A stretch of 64,000 bases of DNA from Armatimonadota bacterium (lineage in GTDB: Bacteria; Armatimonadota; Fimbriimonadia; Fimbriimonadales; Fimbriimonadaceae). The stretch's first letter is position 1; every line of letters starts with the position of its first letter. Under the pieces are notes generated by a model. That model had not been told where the DNA came from and searched no databases. It saw nothing but the letters and a program-made list of their open reading frames with translations. Made by a program: the position numbers and the translations under genes. The stretch is taken from assembly GCA_031386985.1 (NCBI GenBank), contig JANNCV010000005.1, forward strand, positions 2,049 through 66,048. The letters run 5' to 3'. Below, in pieces: positions 53,755 to 63,989 of the stretch.

Positions 53755-54065
53755 TTTTTCTTATCCCTGAACTACGGCCCCTGCCAAGTTCTTATCTGCA
53801 TGAGAACCATGCGAGACGGCTAGGTTTTACCGCACCGAAATTGGCCTTGCCAAGTCTCATTAATGGTGTCCATGAATGGGTGTACGCGGTCTTCTTGCCA
53901 ATAAACTCTTCGGAAAATGGAGCGACTTCGTGGCACTCTCAATAGCACGAATCGGGGGTCTCGGGCCAACTGAATTGCTCAGCTTCCGAGCCGACATTCA
54001 TGACACGCGATTGTTTGAGGAATGACTTTTGAAAGGGGCTGAGCCGCTCTAAAGTAAAATAGCTT

Positions 54066-56894
54066 ATGCCTGAGCGTTATGAGCCTGCCTCCTTTGAAGC
54101 CAAATGGCGCCAGCGGTGGCTTGAGGCGGACTTGTTTCGGACTCGGGAAGAGCCGGGGCGGCCTAAGTTTTACTATCTTGACTTCTTCCCGTACCCCTCC
54201 GGCGCGGGGCTGAGCGTGGGGCATTGCCGCAACTATGTGCCCGGCGATGTGATGGCGCGCTTTAAGTTCATGCAGGGGTACAACGTGCTGCACCCGATGG
54301 GGTTCGATGCGTTTGGGTTGCCCGCCGAGAACGAGGCGATCAAGCGCAAGCGGCACCCCTCCGAAATGATTGACCAATACGGGGCTAACTATAAGCGCCA
54401 AATGGACTTGGTCGCGATTAGCTACGACTGGTCGCGCTCCTTCAAATCATCGGACCCGACCTACTACAAGTGGACCCAGTGGATTTTCAAGAAGCTCTAT
54501 GAGAAGGGCTTGGCGTACCGCTCGAACGCCGAAGTGAACTGGTGCCCGCGCGATAAGACGGCGCTGGCGAACGAGGAAGTGGTGGGTGGACTTTGCGAGC
54601 GATGCGGCACGCCGGTAGAGAAACGCGCGATTCCGCAATGGTTCTTCCGGATCACGGATTACGCCCAGCGGCTGATTGATGACCTCGATACGGTGGATTG
54701 GCCGGAAGGGATCAAGGCGCTCCAACGCAACTGGATCGGACGAAGCGAGGGCGCGGAGTTCACGATGAATATCTCGTTTTCGTCGGGCTCGGGCTCGGTT
54801 TCGGATGAGCTTGCGGCACTGAAAGAAGAGGTATCAGCCGAAGGGGTGACAGCTTTGGCTTCCGATGTTGAAAGGCTGCAACGGATCGAAGGGAAGTTGG
54901 CTTCCAGCATCGCCGCGATCGATTCGTACTTGGTCCCCGCAGCGGCGAACTTGGAAGTCAAACCAAAAGGCTTGAGCTTTAAAGTCTTCACCACCAGACT
55001 CGACACGATTTTCGGGATGACGTTCTGCGTCCTCGCTCCCGAGCATCCGGTAGTGGAGCAAATCTGTCGCCAGGCTCCTCCCGAATGCGCTCAACCCGTG
55101 CGGGACTACCAAATGCTCGCCAAAACCCGAACGGACATGGAGCGGATGGCAGAAACGAAGGATAAGACCGGGGTCTTCACCGGGGCTTACGCGATTAACC
55201 CGTTCAACGGCAAGCGCGTACCGATCTGGATCGCCGATTACGTTCTGGCGAGCTATGGAACTGGCGCGATCATGGCGGTTCCAGGGCACGACCAGCGGGA
55301 CTTTGACTTCGCCGTGAAATATGGGCTGGAGGTTGTTCCGGTCATCAACCCCACGGCGGAATACCTTGGCGAGTTTCCCCTTGAGCATTATTTAGCGAAC
55401 CCCAAGGCGTTCAATCCGCCATTCGAATCGAAAGATTCGGTGATGATCAACTCCGGCTCGTTTGATGGCCTTTCCTATCCTGAAGGAACCCAGCAACTTG
55501 CCGAGCGGCTCGAAGCGGAGGGAATCGGCGAGCGCAAGATTCAATACAAGCTGCGCGATTGGCTCATTTCGCGTCAGCGCTATTGGGGCTGCCCGATTCC
55601 GGTGATTCACAGCAAGGACGGCGAAATGCAACTGGTACCCGATGACTGCTTGCCCGTTTACCTACCCAATGTCGAATCGTACGAGCCGTCGGATGACGGA
55701 AGTTCACCCCTCAGCAAGATCAGCGACTTCGTAAACGTGACCGATCTTGACGGCAAACTCGGGCGACGCGAGACTGATACCATGGGCGGCTTCGCTTGTT
55801 CGTCGTGGTATTTCCTGCGCTTTTGCGATCCGCACAACGAAGACGAGCCCTGGAACATGGAGCGGATAAAATATTGGATGCCCGTGGATTGCTATGTTGG
55901 CGGGGCCGAGCACGCCGTGATGCACTTGCTTTATGCGCGCTTTTGGACCAAGGTGCTTTACGATCTGGGCTTAGTCCCGATGATCGAGCCGTTCCAGCGC
56001 CTGATGAATCAGGGTCAAGTGTTGGGCCACACGCCGTATCGCCATCCCCACGAGGGGGAAGTTCTGAACCCTGGCGAAGAAGGCGTCTTGCTGTCCCAAG
56101 AAGAAGCCGCGCAACTGCCCGATAGCGAAAAGTACTATCGCTGGGTTCGAATGAGCAAGTCCAAGGGCAACGTTGTAACGCCGGAGGAAGCCGTCGAAGT
56201 CTACGGGGCCGATGCCCTTCGGGTTTTTGAACTGTTCATCGCACCGTTCGAGGGCGATGTTCAATGGAGCAACGAGGGCATGAACGGCACGGTTAGGTTC
56301 CTCAGCCGAATTTTCAAGCTGGTTTCTGACTTTAAGGACACTTATGATCCCGATTGGAAAAACCACATCGGCCTGATGGAGATTACGGAAGCGAGTAAGG
56401 GAATAAGAAGAGCCACTCATCGGGGCATCCAGAAGGCGGGAGAGGACATCGAGCGGTTTTCGTTTAACACTTATGTTAGTGCGACCATGATTTGGGTGAA
56501 CGAGCTGTACGATTTTGCGAAGGGGCGCGCCAATTGGGGACGAGGCGAGCAACTAGCAATTTCGGAGGCGATAGAGAGCTTAATCTTGGTCATTGCCCCC
56601 GCCGCGCCGCACTCCGCCGATGAAATGTGGGAGTTCTTAGGCAAAGCGGGCTTTACCTATCACGAAAGCTGGCCCAAGTTTGATCCTTCACTCTGCGTTG
56701 CGGAGACGTTGACGATCGCGATCCAGGTGAACGGGAAGCTACGTGATACGATTGAAGTCGCATCGGGGATTTCAAATGAAGAACTTGAGAGAGTTGCCCA
56801 GGAGAGCGAGAAAGTCAAATCGCATACTGAAGGCAAAACGGTTCGGAAGGTGATTGTTATCCCCGGTAAACTCGTCAACATAGTGGCGAGTTAA
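54066..56894 (+). CDS. leuS: leucine--tRNA ligase
   Basis: 'FFPYPSGAGLSVGHCRNY' is the HIGH-type motif and 'KMSKSKGN' is KMSKS. 'TTRLDTIFGMTF' marks CP1 entry. It is 942 aa with extra segments. Confidence 0.93.
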   Translation: MPERYEPASFEAKWRQRWLEADLFRTREEPGRPKFYYLDFFPYPSGAGLSVGHCRNYVPGDVMARFKFMQGYNVLHPMGFDAFGLPAENEAIKRKRHPSEMIDQYGANYKRQMDLVAISYDWSRSFKSSDPTYYKWTQWIFKKLYEKGLAYRSNAEVNWCPRDKTALANEEVVGGLCERCGTPVEKRAIPQWFFRITDYAQRLIDDLDTVDWPEGIKALQRNWIGRSEGAEFTMNISFSSGSGSVSDELAALKEEVSAEGVTALASDVERLQRIEGKLASSIAAIDSYLVPAAANLEVKPKGLSFKVFTTRLDTIFGMTFCVLAPEHPVVEQICRQAPPECAQPVRDYQMLAKTRTDMERMAETKDKTGVFTGAYAINPFNGKRVPIWIADYVLASYGTGAIMAVPGHDQRDFDFAVKYGLEVVPVINPTAEYLGEFPLEHYLANPKAFNPPFESKDSVMINSGSFDGLSYPEGTQQLAERLEAEGIGERKIQYKLRDWLISRQRYWGCPIPVIHSKDGEMQLVPDDCLPVYLPNVESYEPSDDGSSPLSKISDFVNVTDLDGKLGRRETDTMGGFACSSWYFLRFCDPHNEDEPWNMERIKYWMPVDCYVGGAEHAVMHLLYARFWTKVLYDLGLVPMIEPFQRLMNQGQVLGHTPYRHPHEGEVLNPGEEGVLLSQEEAAQLPDSEKYYRWVRMSKSKGNVVTPEEAVEVYGADALRVFELFIAPFEGDVQWSNEGMNGTVRFLSRIFKLVSDFKDTYDPDWKNHIGLMEITEASKGIRRATHRGIQKAGEDIERFSFNTYVSATMIWVNELYDFAKGRANWGRGEQLAISEAIESLILVIAPAAPHSADEMWEFLGKAGFTYHESWPKFDPSLCVAETLTIAIQVNGKLRDTIEVASGISNEELERVAQESEKVKSHTEGKTVRKVIVIPGKLVNIVAS

Positions 56895-56896
56895 CG

Positions 56897-57604
56897 ATGG
56901 CAACTCCTGAGCAGCCGGCGCAGAAAAACGCACCAATCATTAGGTCATTACTTTTGACTATGGTCGTCGCGTCGTTGGCGGTGTATGGCGGCTTGCGGAG
57001 TTGCCAACAGGATGATCCGAACGCGATCTCCGAGATTCCAACAATCAGAAGCTCCGCCGAGTACAACCAGATTCTCGACCGAGTTGAAAGACTCACCGCG
57101 GCGGGTCTAGAGCGAAGCAGTCGTGAAGAGTCGCTATCGAAGGCGGACAGATTAGCAATGCAACAAGCGGAGCCGTTGATCAAGGGGCTCATCGCCTATG
57201 ATTACCAGCGATTTACACACTATTTGATGCTTGCGAAGCTTTATTTTGCGAACGAGAAATATCTGGAAGCCTTATGGGCTTGTAATCAACTGTTTGAAAG
57301 GGCTCCAGCCCACGGGACGCCAGAGGTGATTGCGGCGGTGGCCGAGACTCGTTACGTAGCTTCTCGGAGCTATTATTTCGAAAGGCAATATCTAGAGGCC
57401 GCTGCCGAAGGCAAGGAGGCGGTTAAGAGGATGCCGCAAAGCGCGGAGTATATGTGGGCCGAAGCGGCGGCACGAGTTCAACTCGAGCAGATTGAGGAAG
57501 CCAAACTTCTGTTAGGAACCGCTTTGTTTTTAGAGCCCAACCATGTGAAATCGCGCTCATTGCTTGACTTTCTGGAAAAACCGTCCAAAGTCAAAAACCC
57601 TTAA
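56897..57604 (+). CDS. membrane-anchored TPR-like repeat protein
   Basis: It has a TM 'LLLTMVVASLAVYGGL' and helical repeats with 'YLEALWACNQLFERAP' TPR-like patterns. Confidence 0.6.
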   Translation: MATPEQPAQKNAPIIRSLLLTMVVASLAVYGGLRSCQQDDPNAISEIPTIRSSAEYNQILDRVERLTAAGLERSSREESLSKADRLAMQQAEPLIKGLIAYDYQRFTHYLMLAKLYFANEKYLEALWACNQLFERAPAHGTPEVIAAVAETRYVASRSYYFERQYLEAAAEGKEAVKRMPQSAEYMWAEAAARVQLEQIEEAKLLLGTALFLEPNHVKSRSLLDFLEKPSKVKNP

Positions 57605-57641
57605 GACGGTATTATGTTGGGCCAGGGCCCCGAATCGGGAG

Positions 57642-58631
57642 ATGGAAAACACGTTGACATTCGATCCCAGCATAGCCGAGCAGTTCCGAGAGCAACTTAA
57701 CGGAGCAACTTCGGTGCTTATTGGCACTCACCTCAATCCCGATGGCGATGCCCTCGGGTCCGCACTCGCGGTCTCCCATTATTTATGGGGCCAGGGAATC
57801 AAAAACGAGGTTTTGAACCACCATTCCGCTCCTCATAACTTAAAGTTTTTGCCGGGAGTTTCGAGGATTCGACAACAGCCGATTCACGATGGACATGACC
57901 TGGGCATAATCGTTGACCTCGACGCTATTCACCGGCTTGGGAGCATGGCCCAGTACTTCGAAACAATCCCCCAACTCATCGTGATCGACCACCATGTGCC
58001 AGTTGAGTCGCCCGGTGATTTGCGCATTGTGGATACCAATGCGGCGGCCACAGCCTTAATCTTGTGCCGCTTGTTCGAGCAACTCGGGGCGACGATTTCG
58101 CCAGAAATGGCAACGTGTCTTTTAACGGGAATCGTTACGGATACGGGCAGTTTTCGGTTTAGAAACACGTCACCAGAATCCCTTGTTTGGGCGGCTAACC
58201 TCATTCAAGCCGGAGGCGATATTAATCGGGTGTGCGAGGAAGTTTTCCAACGAAAGCCTCTTTCCAGCGTTCGTCTCTTGGGCCACATGTTGGATAGGAT
58301 GGAGTTAGATTGCGCGGATCGGCTCGCGTTTGGCACCATTTCTGTCGCAGATTTTGAGTATGCCAGAGCTCGGGATGAAGATACGGAAGGCTTCGTGAAT
58401 GAACTGCTTTCCATCGAAACCGTCGAAATCGCAGCCCTCTTTCGGGAAACGAGCCCGCTAAAGGTCAGAGTTTCGTTGCGCTCGCGAGCAAACCTGGACG
58501 TGGCCGAAGTCGCCCAAGAAATGGGCGGTGGCGGGCATCGCAATGCCGCCGGTTGCTCGTTTGACACAACCTTAGACGAAGCGGTTGACATCTTGATCCC
58601 GAGGCTACGAGCTTGTTTGGCATCCTCTTAG
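57642..58631 (+). CDS. nrnA: DHH/DHHA1 phosphoesterase (NrnA-like bifunctional oligoribonuclease/pAp phosphatase)
   Basis: 'HLNPDGDALGSALAV', 'VIDHH', 'GIVTDTGSFRF' and 'GGGHRNAAG' are seen. The start is at the ATG at 57642 ('MENTLTF'). Confidence 0.85.
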   Translation: MENTLTFDPSIAEQFREQLNGATSVLIGTHLNPDGDALGSALAVSHYLWGQGIKNEVLNHHSAPHNLKFLPGVSRIRQQPIHDGHDLGIIVDLDAIHRLGSMAQYFETIPQLIVIDHHVPVESPGDLRIVDTNAAATALILCRLFEQLGATISPEMATCLLTGIVTDTGSFRFRNTSPESLVWAANLIQAGGDINRVCEEVFQRKPLSSVRLLGHMLDRMELDCADRLAFGTISVADFEYARARDEDTEGFVNELLSIETVEIAALFRETSPLKVRVSLRSRANLDVAEVAQEMGGGGHRNAAGCSFDTTLDEAVDILIPRLRACLASS

Positions 58632-59479
58632 TTGATAAGCCGTTGCGATTTACTTCGCACGACGTAATTTCTCGTCTGCGTAGAGTTTGCAACACCAAGC
58701 GCGTGGGTCATGCCGGAACGCTTGATCCGCTCGCAACCGGTTTATTGGTCGTAGCCGTTGGCCCGGCAACACGGTTCTTGCAATACTTGGATTTGGAGCC
58801 AAAGGTTTACACGGCCACGGTGTGCTTTGGCAAGCAAACAACAACACAGGACAGAGAAGGGGACATTGTCGCAGAGATGCCGTTACCGTCCGATATGCCA
58901 AGTCGGCTTGCTGAAGCGATGGAGTCTTTTCGCGGTTTGATTGATCAAATTCCGCCCATGTACAGCGCGGTGAAGAAAGATGGGCAGCCGCTTTACAAGT
59001 ATGCGCGGCAGGGAATTGAAGTCGAAGTCCGCTCCCGGCGAGTTCATATTGGGGGCTTGGAAATAGTCGAATGGGTTTCAGAGTGTGAAGCGGTATTGAA
59101 GGTGGAGTGCTCTGGTGGAACTTACGTTCGAACGCTCGCGCACGATATTGGGAGAGCAATCGGGTGTGGAGCGCACTTGGCGGCACTGGAGCGAACCCAA
59201 GTTGGTCGATTCTCGCTGGGCGAAGCAAAACCCCTCGATGAGGTTTCACCGGCTGATCTAATCTCGTTAACGACGGCTCTGATCCCTCCATCAGAATTTG
59301 CGGAACTTAGCGAAGAGCAAGTGAGCGACATTCGAATGGGGCGCGCCATTAGAATTACGACAGAATATGGGGAAAGTCCGATTGTGTTATTAAATCAGGA
59401 CAAAACGGTCGTAGGAATAGCTCAATACCGATGCAATCAACTTCACCCCGAGTGCGTGATACCGGCCCAAGCGCAATGA
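58613..59479 (+). CDS. truB: tRNA pseudouridine(55) synthase
   Basis: 'GILLVDKPLRFTSHDVISRLRR....KRVGHAGTLDPLATGLLVVAVG' contains the catalytic Asp motif. 'IPPMYSAVKKDGQPLYKYARQG' also fits. Confidence 0.92.
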   Translation: MFGILLVDKPLRFTSHDVISRLRRVCNTKRVGHAGTLDPLATGLLVVAVGPATRFLQYLDLEPKVYTATVCFGKQTTTQDREGDIVAEMPLPSDMPSRLAEAMESFRGLIDQIPPMYSAVKKDGQPLYKYARQGIEVEVRSRRVHIGGLEIVEWVSECEAVLKVECSGGTYVRTLAHDIGRAIGCGAHLAALERTQVGRFSLGEAKPLDEVSPADLISLTTALIPPSEFAELSEEQVSDIRMGRAIRITTEYGESPIVLLNQDKTVVGIAQYRCNQLHPECVIPAQAQ

Positions 59480-59952
59480 AGTTTGCATTTTTCGAGCCTG
59501 CGCAAAGTCGCAGGCGCATTTCTGGCCAAGCAATCTGGGTGCTGTTGTGGCTGGGCGTAACTCTGGTTGGGTTAGTTTTGCGCCCTTCGCCCGCTGGCCA
59601 CGGCACTCATACCCAGCTCGGATTAGCGCAATGTCCAAGCGTTTTCGCTTTTAATCGGCCCTGTCCTGGGTGTGGGTTGACTACCAGCTTCACCGCAACG
59701 CTTCACGGGAATCTGCCGCTTGCATTCAAGGCGCACCCATTTGGAATGCTCTTGTATGTTCTTTTTACGATCTCCGCGGTGGCCTGCGGTTATGGGTATC
59801 TGAAGAAGTTGAGGCTCAACACCGAGAGTAAGAAATTCAACTTCTATCTAGCCATTTTCGTTGGGGGATTCTTAGTGTTTGGCGTGGTTCGGTTTGTTAT
59901 GAGTCCGGGTTACGGAGATCGCGATTCTTTTCGCCCCTTGACTACTCGCTAG
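59476..59952 (+). CDS. DUF2752-like membrane protein
   Basis: It has a 'CPSVFAFNRPCPGCGLTTSF' Cys motif and three TM segments. The ATG overlaps the truB TGA (ATGA). Confidence 0.65.
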   Translation: MKFAFFEPAQSRRRISGQAIWVLLWLGVTLVGLVLRPSPAGHGTHTQLGLAQCPSVFAFNRPCPGCGLTTSFTATLHGNLPLAFKAHPFGMLLYVLFTISAVACGYGYLKKLRLNTESKKFNFYLAIFVGGFLVFGVVRFVMSPGYGDRDSFRPLTTR

Positions 59953-60000
59953 GGGGGCTTGAAAGCGAGGGCCCGAGTAGCGGAAACTGTAGGGTCAATC

Positions 60001-61032
60001 ATGCTGAACAAATTCGCTTTTTCGATCGCACTTGGAGTTTCGCTTTTTGCCACCGGATGCAAGGGAGGAGATACGGCTACGGGCACTGGCTCAACCGGCA
60101 CCGTGGCGACAAAGCCTGAGATTGTTATCGGATTTCTCGTTAAATCGGCAACGGAGCCCTGGTTCCAAACCGAGTGGCAGTTCGCAAGAGAAGCCGCCGC
60201 TAAATACGGAGTGAAACTCGAGACTCTAGAAGTAAAGGATGCAACTGAAGTCGAATCCGCCATTAACACTCTTGGCGTCAAAGGCGCCCAAGGAGTTATC
60301 ATCTGCACCCCAGATCAAAAGCTGGGCATCTCTATCGTAAAGTGGTGCGCGGACAAGAAGTTAAAGCTGATGACGGTAGATGATCGTCTTGTAGATGCTG
60401 AGGGGCAACCTTTGACCGATGTGCCTCACCTTGGGATTTCTGCGACGAACATTGGCAAGTTGGTCGGCCAAACCCTTGTTGATGAAATGAAGAAGCGAAA
60501 CTGGAAGATGACGGAAGTTGGAGCGATCGCGATTGCTTACGACACGCTGGAAACCGCCCGTCAGCGTGTAGATGGGACAATCTCAGTGCTAACGGCGGCG
60601 GGCTTTCCCAATGGCAACATCCGGCGAATGCCATGGGGGACTTCAGCCGACATTCCTACGGCGATGAATACCGCCAATACGGCCTTGACCCAATCCCCAA
60701 ACATCAAGAAGTGGATTGCGTTTAGCTCAAATGATGACGGTGTGCTGGGGGTTGTGAGAGCGGCTAGCGCACGTGGCTTTGGAGCCGATAGCGTGATCGG
60801 GGTTGGCATCAATGGAACGACCGCAAAGGACGATTTCATGAAAACCGAACCGACCGGAATGTTTGGTTCCGTTCTTCTAAGCGCAAGAACACATGGTTTC
60901 AACACTGTTGAAATGATGTACAAGTGGATTACCGAAGGAAAAGAACCGCCCAAAGAGACGTTTACCGAGGGATCACTCATCACGCGTGAGAATTTCAAGG
61001 CGAAACTAGAAGAAGAAGGAATTAAGCTGTAA
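60001..61032 (+). CDS. araF: L-arabinose ABC transporter substrate-binding lipoprotein
   Basis: It is collinear with E. coli AraF as I recall it: 'IGFLVKSATEPWFQTEWQFA', 'VIICTPDQKLG', 'DIPTAMNTANTAL', 'VIGVGINGT' and 'LITRENFKAKLEEEG'. The lipobox is 'LFATGCKG'. Confidence 0.85.
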   Translation: MLNKFAFSIALGVSLFATGCKGGDTATGTGSTGTVATKPEIVIGFLVKSATEPWFQTEWQFAREAAAKYGVKLETLEVKDATEVESAINTLGVKGAQGVIICTPDQKLGISIVKWCADKKLKLMTVDDRLVDAEGQPLTDVPHLGISATNIGKLVGQTLVDEMKKRNWKMTEVGAIAIAYDTLETARQRVDGTISVLTAAGFPNGNIRRMPWGTSADIPTAMNTANTALTQSPNIKKWIAFSSNDDGVLGVVRAASARGFGADSVIGVGINGTTAKDDFMKTEPTGMFGSVLLSARTHGFNTVEMMYKWITEGKEPPKETFTEGSLITRENFKAKLEEEGIKL

Positions 61033-61044
61033 ACTTCGAGCTCA

Positions 61045-62544
61045 ATGGAACTTCACTTTGAGTTTATCAGCAAGGGTTTTCCTGGAGTTCAGGCTCTGCT
61101 GGATGTTTCGTTTTCGGCAAGTTCAGGCTCAGTGCATGCGCTTTGCGGCGAAAACGGGGCGGGTAAGAGCACACTTCTCAAAATCCTAAGCGGCGTGTAC
61201 GCGGCCGATCAAGGGGCAATGTTGCTTGATGGCACGAGACTTCATTTCAAGAAGCCTCACGATGCCATCGTGGCGGGAGTCGCCGTAATCTACCAAGAGC
61301 TTCATCTTGTACCGGAGGTCTCTGTTGCCGAAAACATTTTCCTGGGGCATCTCCCGTCTCACGGCGGCGTAGTTGACAAGCGAACGCTGAACCAGCAAGC
61401 AAAGGCGATTTTAGATCGAATAGGAGTTGACATTGATCCTCGTCAAAAGGTTGGTTCGCTATCATTGGCGCAGCGGCAAATGGTTGAAATCGGGAAAGCT
61501 TTGAGCCGAAATGCCAAAGTCATCGCTTTTGATGAACCCACAAGTTCGCTTAGCTCGCGAGAAGTTGAGAGGCTCTTCGAGATTATCGCGGAACTCAAAC
61601 GCCAAGACCACATCATCTTCTATGTGAGTCACCGGATGGAAGAAATTCTGCGGATTTGTGATGCGTGTACCGTTTTGCGCGATGGGCAACATGTTGAAAC
61701 TTTTTACGATCTGAACGGAGTTTCGGCGGGAACGATTGTTCAGCGCATGGTGGGTCGCGACATTAATGACATTTGGGGCTATCGTCCCCGTGAGCACGGT
61801 GAAGTGATGCTACGGGTCAGCTTGTTGTGGGGGCGTGGGTTGGCTGGCCCGCAAGAACTCGAAGTAAAAGCCGGTGAAATTGTTGGCATTTTTGGGCTTG
61901 TGGGGGCCGGGCGAACTGAGCTTCTCAAGTCCATTTATCGGGCCGAGAAAGGGTCTTCCGGCAAGATAGAGATTGGGGGCCAAGTTCAACGGTATTCCAA
62001 CCCCAAGCAAGCCATTCGGGCGGGCATTATGTTGTGCCCCGAAGATCGAAAGCGAGAAGGAATCGTGCCCGCCCGTTCGGTGATGGAAAACACGAACCTC
62101 AGTGCGCGCCGTGCCCATTCCATCGGCGGAGTATTCATCAACGAGCGATGGGAAAAGGAGAACGCCTCGCACCAAGTAGAGCAGCTCGCCATAAAGACCC
62201 CAAGCCTAAGGCAACAAATCGTTTTCCTCTCGGGTGGGAATCAGCAGAAGGTCATTTTGGGCCGCTGGCTCAGCGAGAACATCAAGGTTTTGATGCTTGA
62301 TGAGCCCACGCGCGGCATTGACGTGGGGGCAAAGCGCGAGATTTACGAGATTCTCTACAAACTCGCCGAATCTGGAGTTGCCGTTCTCTTTGTAAGTAGT
62401 GAACTGCCCGAAGTGCTCGGCGTCGCCGATCGCATCTTGGTGATGCGTCAGGGTCGAATCGCGGCGGAGTTCGCCAAGTCGGAAGCTACCGAGGAGAACG
62501 TCTTGGCCGTGGCGTTACCCGTTTCAGATGGGGCCGTTGCTTGA
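61045..62544 (+). CDS. araG: L-arabinose ABC transporter ATP-binding protein (duplicated ATPase)
   Basis: It has two ABC cassettes: 'GENGAGKST' plus 'LSLAQRQMVEIGKAL' plus 'IAFDEPTSSL', and a second 'LSGGNQQKVILGRWL' plus 'LMLDEPTRGID'. Confidence 0.88.
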   Translation: MELHFEFISKGFPGVQALLDVSFSASSGSVHALCGENGAGKSTLLKILSGVYAADQGAMLLDGTRLHFKKPHDAIVAGVAVIYQELHLVPEVSVAENIFLGHLPSHGGVVDKRTLNQQAKAILDRIGVDIDPRQKVGSLSLAQRQMVEIGKALSRNAKVIAFDEPTSSLSSREVERLFEIIAELKRQDHIIFYVSHRMEEILRICDACTVLRDGQHVETFYDLNGVSAGTIVQRMVGRDINDIWGYRPREHGEVMLRVSLLWGRGLAGPQELEVKAGEIVGIFGLVGAGRTELLKSIYRAEKGSSGKIEIGGQVQRYSNPKQAIRAGIMLCPEDRKREGIVPARSVMENTNLSARRAHSIGGVFINERWEKENASHQVEQLAIKTPSLRQQIVFLSGGNQQKVILGRWLSENIKVLMLDEPTRGIDVGAKREIYEILYKLAESGVAVLFVSSELPEVLGVADRILVMRQGRIAAEFAKSEATEENVLAVALPVSDGAVA

Positions 62545-63470
62545 GGAGATTTTTGGAATCGGCCGGAATGGCGGTTGTTCTGGTCATCCTTATCATTTGT
62601 TGCAGCTTATTTGTTCCTTTCTTCACCGCCCCGGATAACATTCAAGGGCTCCTGCTTAGCGTTGCGCTGATCGGAATGATCGCGACGACTATGCTGTTCT
62701 GCCTCGCGGCGGGCGATTTTGATCTCTCGGTTGGTTCTACCGTCGCTCTGGCGGGGGTTCTCTCCGCCATGATGGTAGGGAAGTGGGGAATGCCGGTTTG
62801 GGCGGCTATCGCTGGTCCCATTGCCGTCGGCATGCTGGTTGGCTATGTGAACGGATTTGTGATTGCCAAGGTTGGAATCAATGCCCTGATTACAACTTTG
62901 GCCACCATGCAAATCGTGAGAGGCGCCGCCCTCTTAGTGTCAAAGGGCGAATCTATTGGTATGTCCAACGAGCGGCTTTTGTCGCTGGGAGATTGGCACT
63001 ATTTGGGCTTGCATGCGCATGTGTGGTACATGATCGCTTTGGTCGCGATCTTCGGAGTATTGCTCAATCGAACGGTTTTTGGTCGGAACACGCTGGCGGT
63101 CGGCGGAAACACCGAGGCCGCCCGACTGGCTGGAATTAGCGTCAGCCGAGTAAAGATCAGCATCTTCATCTTGCAGGGGATGGTAGCGGCGTTCGCGGGC
63201 GTGATGCTCGCCGCCCGTTCGTCTACCGGGAATCCCACGAGTAGCGTTGGATTGGAGCTACAGGTCATTTCTGGTTGCGTTTTGGGCGGTGTTTCTCTCA
63301 CAGGCGGGATCGGCACCATTTCGGGCGTCGTAGTGGGAGTCATGATTATGGGCATCGTGCAAAATGCGATGGCGCTCCTCAGCATCGGCGAGTTTTGGCA
63401 AAGCGTAGTGAGCGGGTCGGTTCTGCTCGCCGCCGTCATGCTAGATCGCCTCAAAGCTCGGCGGCACTAG
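62541..63470 (+). CDS. araH: L-arabinose ABC transporter permease
   Basis: It is a multi-TM protein with 'GDFDLSVGSTVALAGV', 'NRTVFGRNTLAVGGNTEAARLAGI' and 'GGVSLTGGIGTISG', which are typical of the RbsC/AraH family. It overlaps araG by 4 nt. Confidence 0.88.
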   Translation: MRRFLESAGMAVVLVILIICCSLFVPFFTAPDNIQGLLLSVALIGMIATTMLFCLAAGDFDLSVGSTVALAGVLSAMMVGKWGMPVWAAIAGPIAVGMLVGYVNGFVIAKVGINALITTLATMQIVRGAALLVSKGESIGMSNERLLSLGDWHYLGLHAHVWYMIALVAIFGVLLNRTVFGRNTLAVGGNTEAARLAGISVSRVKISIFILQGMVAAFAGVMLAARSSTGNPTSSVGLELQVISGCVLGGVSLTGGIGTISGVVVGVMIMGIVQNAMALLSIGEFWQSVVSGSVLLAAVMLDRLKARRH

Positions 63471-63989
63471 TTACCGGAAACTCTTAAGAGCCTGGGTGTT
63501 CTTGGTCTTCATGGTCAAAGTGTCTCGACCAGGCATTTTCATCACCATATCGGCGATTGCAACGGAATGAATCAGCAAGCCCGTCGGGAGATCAATGTTC
63601 TGCGAGCCGCTCATCGTTAACACGACGCTCCCGGTACCCGCGCTTGCTACCTTGAGATTCATCGTTGCTTTGGCTACCCACTTCATGATGGCCGTTCGGT
63701 GTTTATGCATCTGTTCAAATCCGGCAAGCTTCATTTCCATCTTTACGATTCCACCTTTTGTAACCGTAATCTGGCCCCCACCCATGGCCTCCATCATCTT
63801 TGTAAAGTTGACCTTGGCGCCCCAAGTCGCCCCTACAGAAACAGGTGCCACCGGAAAAGCCGGAGAAACCTCAAGCGAGGACCGCATGGCTTTCATCGCT
63901 TGAACCGCCATCGGATCAGTTGCGTTAGAATGGGCGTTCTTCAGCACCCCGAGTGGGCTCAGCGTCATCGTGGTAATCACGTTGTTCAT
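63471..63989 (-). CDS. hypothetical protein (may extend beyond the window end)
   Basis: It is a Met/Lys/Thr-rich beta-type sequence with no recognised motif. The frame is still open between 63989 and the window edge. Confidence 0.45.
   Translation of the reverse strand: MNNVITTMTLSPLGVLKNAHSNATDPMAVQAMKAMRSSLEVSPAFPVAPVSVGATWGAKVNFTKMMEAMGGGQITVTKGGIVKMEMKLAGFEQMHKHRTAIMKWVAKATMNLKVASAGTGSVVLTMSGSQNIDLPTGLLIHSVAIADMVMKMPGRDTLTMKTKNTQALKSFR

Noticed and set aside
53979-54401. This is a 140-aa minus-strand ORF overlapping the leuS 5' end.
   Set aside because: It is antisense to a strongly supported leuS N-terminus that includes the HIGH-region motif, and it has no independent support.
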